Origin: Caecitellus pseudoparvulus
Taxonomy: Eukaryota > Protista > Bigyra: Bicosoecida
Reading direction: 5' to 3'
Assembly: GCA_965644315.1 (NCBI GenBank)
Contig: CBFFRQ010000087.1
Location: forward strand, 1-64,000
DNA length: 64,000 nucleotides
The notes beneath the pieces are model-generated. The model worked only from the letters and a program-made list of their open reading frames with translations. It made no database searches and was not told the DNA's origin. Numbering within the stretch: position 1 is the stretch's first letter; every line of letters begins with the position of its first letter. This document shows positions 12,501-24,669 of this stretch, piece by piece. Made by a program: the position numbers and the translations under genes.

Positions 12501-13487
12501 ACTTCCAGCGCACGAGCTTGGCTGTTGAACCACGCAGTGCGAACAGCCAGTCCAAGCGTTGCCTTGAAGTCGGAAACCATGCTTGCAGAGACATGCTCCG
12601 GCACATGATCTTCAAATAGCTTGTCGATGTCACACTTGGCCAGTGAGTCCACAGAGTGCGAGCAAACTTTCTCCAGGATCTCAACCGTGGCCAGTCCTTT
12701 CGCCGCACTCTGCATCATCTCCAGGGCGGTCTTCACAACCCCAGACCGCTCCAGGATCTCCCACAACTCAGCACCACCAGTTTCCTGTGCTTCAATCCTC
12801 AACAGTTCGGCCTTTGCTTTGCACAAGAACGTCGGCAACTTCTTCGCCCACACTTGAGCCACGCGATTGTCGAACTTTACCCCAATCGAGCTGATTAGTT
12901 CTCCTCCGTGAGCCAGTTTCAAGCTGAGGTCGATTGGCATTTCAAGAAGGGAAGCAAGAAGCTCCAATTGTCTGATCTTTCTGAAGGGTTCGAACCGAAG
13001 GCCAAGATCAATCTGAGCAATGACGCCGCTTGAGACGAGGGCTTGAAGCAAGTTTGCGTCGGGAGGTGTCTGTAAACAAGGCCAATCGAAGTGCAGTTCG
13101 TGGTGACTCGCGCAAGCACCGTCCATGCACAATCCAACGTACTTTACACCTCTCGAGGGCAGCAAGGGTCAACTTCGCAACCTGTCCTCGTGGATTCAGT
13201 TTAGCAAATGTCGTCAGCAGCTTCTCTTGCTGGCTCCCCTCAAGTTCAGTCCACCACGAGGTGCCCGAGAGCACTTTCCTGTCCGACCCAGGTCCTTCCA
13301 CCGCAGAACCAGCCACAGATGAAGCATGGCGTGACAAACTGGGTGCCTGGTGCGGCATCGGCACACATAGTGGCCGCCAGTGCACAGCGGCAGCAGCCAA
13401 TTCCGCCCCTGCACTGCGCAACGCCAACAGAGGCCGCACTGACGCTCCCACAGCACGTGACAGAGTCAGTGCAGCTTTAAAGCTCAT
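9599..13487 (-). CDS. Copy 3: presequence-like N-terminus + P-loop NTPase + PD-(D/E)xK-like domain (1,271 aa)
   Basis: ATG 13487 (MSFKAALTLSRAVGASVRPLLALRS...). Intron 13142-13070 (GTACGT...TTTACAG) joins LERCK|TPPDAN in frame. Walker A APRGTGKS, Walker B LLIIDEAN, C-terminal FEHTV...FPAVDFVVF...AFIKTTVS. Confidence 0.8.
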
Positions 13488-14083
13488 TGCGTTCCTGAAA
13501 AGTAGGCGAGCGCGGAAGGTGCTGTAAGTGCAGGCCCCCTCTTCAAGGCTGCGCTGGTGCGGAAGTGTGGCCGAAGGTTTGAAGCGCAGAGCTGCACGTT
13601 GAGCGGAGGTGAGGCAAGTCTGGGCACGATGTGCCAGGTGTGCAGCATATGTGGTATGCTGCAGGATTCGCTTGGGATTCAAAATTTGTCTGGGAGGGCG
13701 AATCTGATTCTGGCACTTCCCAAGCCAAATTCCGCAACTCTCAGTGACTCCCGCGGTCCACGAATGATGCAAAGACTAGTCCGCAGAAGCAGAAGCGACC
13801 GACATCACCCCCAAACTGAGAGGAAACTCTTACACTGCCAGCAATCGCAGATGAGCCAAGTGTCGGGAACCGTGAGCCCTCACAACCTCAGCAGCATGGC
13901 GTGGCTGTACTCGCGGCGCACCAGCACAGCCGCGCCCACAGTCAGGCAGCCTTGAAGCGCACCAAGTGTGCACTTGATGAAAGGCTAACCCAACAAACAG
14001 TGTGCGATCGTCTCAAGTCCTTGCTTACCAAGGCCAAGGGTTCTGCATGTCTGGTCGAGCACCCTTGGCTGTGTGCCCTGGTA

Positions 14084-17000
14084 TCACTTGCCCCACTGCC
14101 TGTGCCATGCGACAGTTGTATCTTTCAACTTGCTTGTATAAAACTGCAGCTTGAAGAGCAGGTGCTGCTGCTGCCCCGTCAGACAACCGAGCAGCGCCTC
14201 CATCCCCAGCAGCTCTGTGCCGACGGCTTGCGCTGCAGCCTCACCCTCCGGCAGCTGTGCGGCGTGCAAGAGGCGTGCCAACACCGACGTTGCTTCGGGA
14301 GTAGGTGGGCGGATGGCCGCGCACGCATCTGTGAGCTGTGCGACTTTCACCTGTGCCTCGCGTCGCTCTTGCATCCAGCCCCGCAGCCAGGCAGCTCGTG
14401 TTTGGTGGCTTTGCGCAGTGGCAGTGAGCACCTGCACCGCATGTTCGGCCTCTTGAGCTTCTGGAGTACCTCCTTCTGCAGCTTGCAGCTCTGCTGCCAC
14501 GAGATCACACTCGTGTCGTGTCTCGGCAACCACTTCTTCCAGTGCAGCAAGTTTGGCGCCTGCTGCAGCGAGGAGCTGGTCATGCTGCAGGGCAGCTTCC
14601 AGCGACTTGACACGTCGGTGTTCGGCGTGGTGCACAGCTTCGGACTCGGCATGTGCCGTCAATTCAGCTGCCGCTGCATCTGATTCGCGTTCGCTAGGAA
14701 GGCCAGGCGAGGCTCCTGGCGGGGGCATGTCGCTCGTCTCAGCTGCCGCAATAGTTCCCGGGCTGCCACCCTCATCGGGGAGAAACTCGCCAGAAATCGG
14801 CGACTCCAACGCAGTGGGGGCATCCGCGCCACAATCAGGGCCAGCGTCGCTCTCCACCTCCTCCGCACCCGCACTCTCGTGGGGTGGTTGGCCGAAGCCG
14901 TCCCGCTCCAAACTCCAGCCAGCAGCGTCGTCGTCACTGTCGCCCTCCTTCCCGTCGACCTCCTTGCTCTCTTGGCTGCATACACTGGGTAGCGATGAGT
15001 CAAGCACATCCTCGCTGACTGCGTGGTGCTCTCCCTGCTCCAACAGTCCACTGCCTTTACCGTGGCTCTCAGATGACCCTCCCGAGTCTACCCATGCTGA
15101 TGGGGCTTGCACGGGAGCAGCCATCCCACCGCTAGCCCCATGAACACCACCCCCTGTCTGCACTCGCCGTGGCTGCGCTGGGCTGTGGCCTTGACGACTT
15201 GCCAGGCGTGCTGTGGCGGCAGCTGCGTCACGCTCGGTCGTCTCACCGCCACTGGCAGTGGGCGGGCGCTGGGCGGAGGAAGCCTGTTGCACAGCAAACT
15301 GGCCATTCGGCGGGGCATGCGGCCGCTCTTCGGGATAGGCGTGTGCGGGGAGGGGGCGCCCTGTTCGAGGCCGTCCCGGCTCTGCACCCACGCCCCCCAG
15401 GCTCTGCCCCGCCACCGCCAGGACACGCACAGCCCCCGCCTCGCCCCACCGCCCCTCCAGCTCCACGGGTGTTTGGGGCGGTGAGTAGGCCACTTTGGAT
15501 GCAGAAAGTGGGCGGACACCGCCCCCCCCTCCCCCAACTTGCCGGCGCTCGCCCCCCCCGCGCTGTCCCCGCTGTGACCCTGGCGGGGCGCGGCGGCGTC
15601 CGTGCTCACGCTGGGCTGGGTGGGACACGCCCCCCCCCCTGCCTCGCGCAGCTCGCCGCTGGGCAGCTTGCTCCGCCGCTCTCTCCGCCTTCGCTGCAGC
15701 CTTGGCGGCAGTGTGGGAGAGAGGCCTCACTCGGCTGGTGCGGGTGGTGGTCTGCCTCCGACCCCCCCTCCCGCGACCAACGAGGGGGGTTCCAGACACC
15801 ACCACCCCCCCACGCATGTGCCCCCGTCTTACAGAGCCTCGCAGGGGGCTCGGCGGCACTGCCCCAGTCAACGGGTCCACCACTGGCGTAAAGGCAGCTG
15901 GCGCCACCCCCCCTTGGCCAGCTGTCGGCCCCAGCCTCAAGCTGCCAGTTCCACTTCCAATGGAGGGCAGTGCACTGTGCACGCGGGCATGCTTGCCTTG
16001 GGCTGTGGCGCCTGGCTGCTGCCCGCCCGCCTTGGCTGACTCCGAGTCACTCCGTGCTGCGCTGGCTGAGCTGGAGCTGCGTCGTGGCCGCGCCAGCCGC
16101 AGCATGGCTTCATCCTGCCTCACAGCCCGCAGCACCCGCTCTTCAGCCAGGCGTGCCTTGGCCAGCGCGCTCTGGTGCATGTGCAGGGCGGCGGGGGGCA
16201 GGGTGATGTCCAGGTCCCGCGCTGCGCTGACCACCGGCGCACTTGCGAGGAGCTGCAGGCAGTCAGGGCGGGCGCCGACGTCTTTCTGCAGCAGCCACGT
16301 GACAGTGTCCCGCAGCGCGGCAGAGTACTGCGTCTCCGCCACTGGCTCGTACGTGCCCATAACGATCTTCAGCACCAGGGCACCCTGGTTCGATGCCTCG
16401 AAGGGGTGCTGCAGCGTGGCCATCTCGTACAACACACAGCCCAGCGCCCACAAGTCACTCTTGGCGTTGTACGCGTGGCCTTGGCACAGCTCGGGGCTCA
16501 AGTAATACGGCGTGCCGACACAGGTCTTGGCGAACTGGCTTTGTGTGCCGAGAAGACGCGCCACCCCCAGGTCACCGATCTTCACCTCGGCGGTGCTCTT
16601 CATGAACACATTGGCGGACTTCATGTCTCGGTGCAGGATGCGGGCTGCGTGCAGGTCGTGCAGGCCCAGTGCGATTTGAATGAAGACCCCCCAAATCGTC
16701 TCCTCTGGCACTGGCTTCCCCCCTTGCCGCTTCAGTGCTTGCTGCAGGTCGCCCCGGTCGCAGTACTCCATGACGATGTTCAGGCGGTCATCGTCCAAGA
16801 AGGAGTCGTAATACTCCACCACGTACGGCGAGTCCATCTCATACAGCAGCCGCACTTCGGTGTATGCAGCTTGCTGCTCCTTGTCGCTCATGCCTTCCAG
16901 AGCCAGTTGCTTCAACACGTACACTTGTCCGTCAGCTTTGCGGCGGACCTGTGCAAGGAGGCGCAACATGAAATGCAATTCATACCTCAGGGCGTTGTTT

Positions 17001-17307
17001 CCGAGGCAAACAGCGCATTTTACGCCCGCCCCGGCGGGAGTGCGTGGGCGTTTCGCCTGCCGTTTCACTCCGCTCGTACCCTGCACCACCCAGGCACAGC
17101 CTGCGTCCCATTGCAGGCCAAGCCCCAACCCCTTCAGCGCACCAGCTCACAGACACCAACACATTACATACGCACCATGTACACAACCCCGAAGGACCCC
17201 GCTCCCAGGCGCTTCAGCTTGACAAAGTCTGACAGCTTGCTTGCGCTGGAGGCCTTCAGGCGACCATGACTTGCAAGGGAGTCCGCGGCCAAAGCAGACG
17301 CTGCCAT
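14084..17307 (-). CDS. NEK: NIMA-related (NEK) Ser/Thr kinase with a long low-complexity C-terminus
   Basis: Exon 17307-17176 encodes LGAGSFGVVYM; intron 17175-16949; then VLKQ, HRDMKSANVF, IGDLGVAR, GTPYYLSPE, KSDLWALGC, typical of NEK kinases. Confidence 0.92.
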
Positions 17308-17596
17308 GCCACAGGGCCCAATAAGTGCACACGTTTGAAGCCACTGGGCTCTGGTGCATCAGCAAGAGGGCGCAGCAATTGTCGTGGAGCAGAGGACGTC
17401 GCAAACCTGCCCACGGCACGTGAGCAGTTGCAACCTGCGGGACACGAGCGGAAACACACACGCTACAAGGCAATTGTGCGCATTGCCAATGCATTGCACA
17501 GGGCATCACGGCATGGGGCGGGCCCCTGCCAGGGAGAGGGCCCCCAGACCCTCACCAGGGGGGGGCAACGGCGCCACGCCGTCCTCCGTGCTCTGC

Positions 17597-19383
17597 TTAC
17601 AGGTACTCAGCCACGGACATGGGCATCTCCTCGATCTGGGTGTGGTAGAAAGACTCAATGTCCTGCATGAAGGTGACATCCTCGCCGGTGACGAAGTTGA
17701 TGGCGACACCCTTGCGGCCGAAGCGGCCAGAGCGCCCGATGCGGTGGATGTAGTTCTCGCGGTTGTTGGGCAGGTCGTAGTTGATGACCAGAGACACCTG
17801 CTGCACGTCAATGCCGCGGGCCAGGAGGTCGGTGGTGATGAGGACGCGGCTGGAGCCGGAGCGGAACTCCTGCATGACCAGCTCGCGGTCGCGCTGCTCC
17901 ATCTCGCCGTGCGTGCAGGAGACGGTGAAGTCCTTGGACTTCATGCGGGCGACCAGCCAGTCCACCTTCCGGCGGGTGTTGCAGTAGATGATGCTCTGGG
18001 TGATGGTCATGCTCTTGTACAGGTCGCACAGCACGTCGAACTTGAACTCCTCGCGGTCCACCTTGATGTAGAACTGCTTGATGCCATCCAGCGTCAGCTC
18101 TTGGCGCTTGACCAGGATGATGGCCTGGTCCCGCATGAACTTGGTGGTCAGCTCCAGGGCCTCAGAGGGCATGGTGGCGGAGAACAGGGCAACCTGCATG
18201 TCCTTGGGCAGGCCAGCAGAGAAGATCTCGTAGATCTGCTCCTTGAAGCCGCGGTCCAGCATCTGGTCGGCCTCGTCCAGGATGAAGAGCTTCAGGTGCT
18301 CCACAGCCAGGGCACGGCGGTTGATCATGTCAAAGACACGGCCGGGGGTGCCCACCACCACCTGGACGCCGGAGCGCAGGGCGGCGATGTCGTCAGCCAC
18401 GGCAGTGCCGCCGACGCACGCGTGCACCTTGACGGACATGTACTCGCCGATGGCGGAGACGACCTTCTCGATCTGCTGGGCCAGCTCGCGAGCAGGGGCC
18501 AGGATCAGGGCCTGCACCTGGGGCAGGGACTCATCGATGCGCTGCAGCATGCCGATGGTGAAGGTGCCGGTCTTGCCAGTGCCAGACTGGGCCTGTGGTG
18601 GGGGGGGAGGAGAGCCAGGGGCAGGTGAAGTGCACGTGAAGCTGCTGTGTCTTCAGCTGGCGAATGTGGGGCGCTAGTACGGCAGAAAATTACACCAAAC
18701 GAAGAGGACACACTGAAGCGGTCACTTTGCTGGACAGCCACGCCACACAAAACTCCATGAGCGCGCTGTTTGGGACTGCCCGCGCAGGCGCTTTGAGCTG
18801 CACAGACATGACACGCACCTGTGCGATGGTGTCACGGCCCTCAATGACGGGCATGATGGCGCGCTGCTGGATAGCAGAGGGCTTCTCGAAACCGTAGGCT
18901 GCATGGGGGCGGGGGTGGGGCGAGTGCCGTTCCTGCCCGGCAACAAAGTTTGGGGGGCGGCGTGGGGCTGAAACGCCACGGCGTTCCCCTCCAGCGCACT
19001 GCCCTCTCTCCATCACGCACCGCGGATGCCACGCTGCAAAGGGCGGAAGAGGGGAATTCGTGCAAGTTAAGCTCCTTGTTTCATCGCAGAGGGCACCGAG
19101 GGCGCGCTGCCTTTGCGCAAGCAGCTGTGCAACGTGGTGCACTGCCGCTGCCAACAAAACGCTGCTCCGGAAAGGCCACGCACCAGCAGGTCGTCCTTGA
19201 GCTCCATGTCATCGAAGGACTCGACGATCTTCTCGTAGTTGGTCTTCACCTCACCGGAGTCATCGACACCAGGGGCGGCCTCTGCACGAGCAGGTGAGCA
19301 TGACTTGGTGTGGAGAGCAGAACACGAAGGGGTTGGCTGGCGCACGCACCGGTGGCGGCGGGGGCGGGGGCATCAGCAGCCAT
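17597..19383 (-). CDS. EIF4A: Eukaryotic initiation factor 4A (DEAD-box helicase), 5 exons, 406 aa
   Basis: Exons 19383-19350, 19281-19184, 19033-19021 (13-nt micro-exon), 18898-18819, 18592-17597, summing to 1,221 nt. Motifs [48 protein letters not shown]. Confidence 0.97.
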
Positions 19384-19864
19384 GTTGGAAGTTTGGGGGA
19401 AACTTGGGGGGAAGTTTGGGGGCACAGAAAAAGCTTGGGGAATCGTTGAAGGGCATTGAAAAAGTGCTTCGCGCTGGGAGACTGAGCCTGCCTTCAGCTG
19501 GAGCTGCACCCCCCTCCTTCGCTTGTGGCAACATTGTGCCGGGGACCTGGGCTGCCCCCGCAGTAAGGCAAAGCGGGGGGGCTGGCCAATGGGGCAGTCA
19601 TGCCTCGGTGCCCCCGATGACCTCCATGTCACTGTTCTTTCTAAAACTGACGAGCGAATGCGGCGCTGGCCAGCGTCTGCACAGCAGCCGCGCCAAGGCA
19701 AGACAGGACCCAACCTGCAAATGAAGCAGACCAGCATGCATTGCAACAGACATGGTGCTGCTTGCCTTGTGTGGTGTTCACAGCGTGCGAACAGGGGTGC
19801 AGAGCGCCATACGCGCTCGCACCCCCGTCTCATTGCCACGGCGTACAACCCCAAGCAGCTGGGC

Positions 19865-22800
19865 TCAGTCCACCTTGACAGCGGAAGCAGATGGAGCAAA
19901 CGCGCTCCCGGCCCCAGCACTGCCAGGGCCGTCTTGCTGGGCTCCATGGTGGTGGTGGTGGTGGTGGTGGTGGTGGTGCCGGTGGGTGCCACCTCGCCCC
20001 ACACACGTCGGCAGCACCACCCGCAGTGGCAGGCGCACCAGCACCACAGCCGCCGGCGCAATGACAGCCTGGGCCACCGACAGCGGCTGCATGCCATCCC
20101 CCACCTCCACTGGTCCGCCGTCGTTGGAGCCCTGCATGTGCCACGGCGCCGCCGCCACCACAGCCACGATCCCAGCCACCGCCGCTGCGACATCCAGGCA
20201 CGTCGCCCAGTGTGGCTGCCCCCTGATGCAGCGCTCCCCCCAGCAGTGGCCAAACCATGCACTGTGCAAAGGTGTGTGGTGGTGGTGCTGCGTGTACCCC
20301 ACCGCCGCCGCCACAAGCACCGCACATGCCTCCAACACCAGCACTACTGACAGCAGCAGCAGCGGCGTGTAGAAGGCCTCTCGCCCACGCTGCTCCAGCC
20401 AGTTGGACGTGAGGATGGTGATGAGGGCGAACTGCGCCAGGAGCAGCACGCTGATGATGGGCAGGGGCAGGGCGAGGTGCGAGTGGCTGTACCAGTCCTG
20501 CAGGTCATGCGCTGTGCCCTGTGCCCAGCCCGGCAACCACGTCACCCGTCGGTGGTGCCGGTGGTGGTGGTGATGATGGTGATGGTGGTGGTGGTGATGG
20601 TGGCGTGTTTGTGGCTCGCCTGGTGCGTGAGGGGGCTGGCTGCCAGGAGCCGGCGGCGGCCCCACTGCTGACAGCTGCGCCTCAGACCTACGCGCGACGA
20701 TGCGAGGGGTGGGAGTCTCCCACACGTCCTCCTCGCCCTCCTCCTCGCTGGAGCCCATGTCTGGCCGAGGACTGTCCACATCTGGCAGGCTGCGGGTGCT
20801 GGAGATGTCGCTGTAGGAGCCCGAGTCTGACAGCGCCTCATCCTGGGCCGCCGCCTCTGCCTCCACCGCCGCGGCGATTTCAAGCAGGTGCAGGTGCCGC
20901 TGCACGACCTCAGGTCGCGTGACACCCATGCTCAGGAGCGTGGCAGCACGCGGCAGCTGCCCACTCCACACGTCCCCGTGTCCCTGGGGCGCCAGCTGGT
21001 CCACGCTGTGCAGGGCCCGGTGCATGGAGGGTGCTGCGCCGTGTGGCCTGCCCATCACGCTCACTGCGCGTCTGCGGGCCTGCTCCACACCCAGGCTTGC
21101 ATGGGCGTCGCCCGAGGCCGAGCGCGTGCGAGCATGAGCCGTGGAGGGCGTGACGAGGGTTCTGGTGTGGGGAGCCGTGGCGACGAGAGTCATGGTGCTG
21201 GGCGGCGGACCAGCTGCCGCAGACGCGCCACTGGACAGCACTTCGCACCCCACCACTGGCCCCTGCTCACTGCAGCTCTGGACGGCAGGCACGACGGCGT
21301 CACGGGGCGCCTCAGGCTGGGTTGCCGGCGGCGCTGGTGGCTGGGTAGCCAGAGCTTCAGAGCCATGCCTGGCCAGGGGGGACGCTGGGAAGTGCCGTGG
21401 GGTGACGGACACGCTGCGCGAGCTAGGCGTGCGGCTGCCTTGTGACGTCAGCGTGCTCAGTCCCGACTGCAGCCCCGCCCCTTCATCCAGCGTCATGCTC
21501 AGCCCCCGCACAGCACGCACAGCCGAGTGCGTGGGGGAGGGAGCCACACCCCCCTGGGGTGGCGGTGCGGGGGAGTAGCCTTGCAGCTGCACTGGCGCAG
21601 AGGGTAGCGCAGTGGGCAGCGAGTGTGTGGAGGAGTGGGGCAGCGAGGTGGAGGAGGAGGGTGCGCCGTGGGCCTTGGGCGCGGGCGGGTGGGTGGACCG
21701 CGCCACCTCCTCCCGCAGCTGCTCCAGCAGGGTCGCCTCCACCAGGTGCTTGTCCACCAGCTCGCCGATGTGCATGGAGAGGATGAAGGAGGGGATGACG
21801 CTCTGCAGGGACAGGACGAGGCTGGCGAGGGCGGTGATCATGGCCACCACCAGCGCCGCGATGAGCACCACCTGCGCCGACTTGCTCTCCTGCGCCAGCC
21901 CAGTCTTGCCGGACGTGTCTGGCACGAACACCCGCACGGCCAGGGCGCAGAGCAGGGCGGCTGCCAGGACCGCCCCCTGCAGCGACCGCCCGATGAAGCT
22001 GGGCCGCCCGCACCAGAACAGCCGCATCTGGGCCCTGCGGCGTTCACTGAGGCTGGGCTGACCCGCCTTGGCCAGCTGAGCCTCCAGGTCAGTGGCGTGG
22101 CTGCCTCGGGCGTGGGCGGCGGGGGCGAACCCCGTGGAGCGCGTGGAGGCTGTGGAGGCGAAGGAGGGCGCCGTCGGCACGCGGATGCTGCCTCGGAACA
22201 CGTGTTCCGCGCTGGCCGAGGGCGCCGTCGGCGGTTGGATCTGGTGTGGCAGCAGGCCGCTGGCGCTGCGATACCGCGCTGCCGTGATAGCGAGGAGGTC
22301 ACGACTGCTGCCGCTGCGGGAGACAGCGGGGCGGGACGCGCTGTGCCCCCCTGCCCGGGGGCGGTTGGCGCCCACGCCGAGACTCTGCACCCCTGAGCGA
22401 GCGGGGGGCAGGGCGGCAGGGCGCCCGCCCCCAAACGACCCGGATCGACTGCGGCTGTGGTCTGCCGGGGAGAGGGGTCTCTCTCCGGAAACGATGGTGA
22501 GGGGCGTGGACTCGGGTGCTGACGCGAGCTGCAAGGCCGGGGCTGACATGGAGCTGGCTGCCGCGATGGTATTGGCTGCGGCGCGGGTGTTCTGGCGCCG
22601 TCCAGGCTCTGCCGCCTCCGCTGCTGCCACACAGGCACGGTGCAGGGCACGGCGCGTGACGCGCGCCACTGCCTCCTGGGTGGAGATGGTGTGCTCCACA
22701 GTGTACATCTTCCACCGCGTGGCAGTGGCCAGCACCGTGACGCCTGCAGACAGCAGGAACATGGCCACGGACAGGTTCACTGCGCCCGCATACGACACGA

Positions 22801-23761
22801 TGATAGATCGCAGGTACAGGTCGGTGGACAGCAGCCAGCACGTGGCCAGCCAGAACTGCACAGGGATCTCCACCAGGTCCCTGAAAATGACGATGGAGGC
22901 CCGGTTCAAGTAGTTCGCGAAGGAAAAGTGGAACTCCCCCAAGTGCAGGTGTGCGTGGTCTTGCATGAACTGCAGGCGGTGGTCAGCGAACTTCAGCGCC
23001 TCGGCCAGGCGTGCATGGCGCCGAGCGACGCAGGGCTGAGACACCATGTACGCCATGCGCACCAGGGGTGGCGCCGTCACAGCCACCTCCCCATCCTCCC
23101 CACCTGTCTCCAGTGATGCGGCGGGGGTGCTGTACCCGAGTGGGGTTTCCGGTGGTTCGCTGACCACGCGCCACGCACAGCAGCTGCCACAGGGGGAGGT
23201 GGCGTCAGAACCCAGTCGCAAGCGCCCTGCAGAGTCCAGGCCCAGCTTGTACCGCAGCAGGGCCACTTGCATGCGCAGGCGAGCGTGTGCGGAGTCTGAG
23301 CCGTACTTGGCTTCCCACGTCCGCCACTGCCGCACGGTGTACTGCCAATCAGCGATGAGCCCCGCGGTGAAGAGGATGTAGAAGCCCGCCACGGTGAAGA
23401 GGGTGATGTGGATGTGTTCGAACTCCAGCGCGGCACTGTTGGAGTGGCTGAACACCTCCGATCCCGCCAACTCGAACACGAACACGACGAAGGCGATGAG
23501 GCCAAGGATCAGCACTTCCCGGTACGCGGACCGCAGCATCTCCTTGGCGGCAGGCTTGTGCCGCACTGCATGCTCCAAGCGCTGGAGCAGCCACTGGATC
23601 ACCAGCACTCCGCCTGGGGGGTCGGGGGGGGGCGGACGGTGTGTGCGCCGCTTGCTTACGGGTCACGGAGCAGGGCAGGCGGCTAGCAGCCAGCACGCAC
23701 AGATGGTGACGATAGTCAGCATCTCCGGCACTGCAGGGTGCAACTGCTCGTCCACAGCCAT
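19865..23761 (-). CDS. MLO: MLO-like multi-pass membrane protein with a C-terminal extra 4-TM domain and two poly-His tracts
   Basis: ATG 23761, intron 23700-23614. Motifs match MLO-family TM regions: YREVLILGLIAF (cf. ELMLLGFIS), FEHIHITLF, WRTWE, FSFANYLNRA..IFRDLVEI...FW, LFWCGRP. Confidence 0.78.
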
Positions 23762-24669
23762 GGTTGCAGCAGGTCGCGGTGTCGTGCTGCCCGGGCAGGG
23801 GGGGCGCGATGCAGAATCTCGGGAGCTGTCTGGCGAAGTGAACCACTGCCCTGCGAGTCTTCGTCCCCTGCACTGCCACCAGCCCAACAGCTGAGGCACG
23901 GTGGTGGGAAAGGTGACAGTGACAAGATAAACTGGCCACCTAGCCGGAAGCTGCCTTGTTGAGTCTGCTGTCTCGCAAGGTGCAGCGAGTGGCGCTGTAG
24001 CTTGCGGAGTTTGGACTCCCTCACACTCTGCCCTCCCGCACAGCAGCAGCGCTGCTTTGTCTGGGGCTGGAAAGAGTCTTCGGAAACCAATACACGCATG
24101 TAGTAATGAAGGGATGTGGAGCTGCGTTCGATTTGGTCCCACTCTTGCTCTGCCCGGGTGCGGCTCAGAAGCGTTGGAGCGCTCTGCCGCATGCCTCGTT
24201 CGTTTGCCGGCTGGCCTGTGCAGTGTACCTGCTGGTCACTGCAGCTATCCCAAGGATGCGGGTGAAGCATGCTCGCAAGAGACTCGGTCAGTACACTCTG
24301 TGCCGCCCTTTCCACGGGGCTGAGAGCCGGCAAGGCGCCGAGTCAAGGAAGGCAAACCCTGTGCTGGGCTCAGCTCCCCCCTCTCCAGTTCACGCCAAAC
24401 ACCTGTCAAGAGAGTGCGTCTTCAAATCGTTGCAAGCTCCGGGTGTCGCCCCTTCGCAGCTCCGGGAGAGTGCTGCCACTTCACTCGCCAGACCACTCTC
24501 ACGCCCAAGCCGCCCCCTCACAAGCCCCTGCCCTCCTGACGACAAAGCAAGCATGGGGTTCACCTTGCTTTACCCAAAACTCAATCCACACATCAATTTC
24601 CCAATCCCCATCCCCAGCACCCGCTGTGCTGTGGACAGTGGTTGACTGTGCGCACACCACGCCGAAATC

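Noticed and set aside
1-13487. Array as an autonomous transposon or endogenous virus/virophage
   Set aside because: No transposase, integrase, capsid, polymerase or terminal repeats were recognised by eye, and the genes carry host-type spliceosomal introns.
16175-18628. Long + strand ORFs (16175-17269, 17354-18628) and similar ones such as 24962-26527, 42651-44141 and 60138-61754
   Set aside because: Antisense shadows of real GC-rich genes on the opposite strand.
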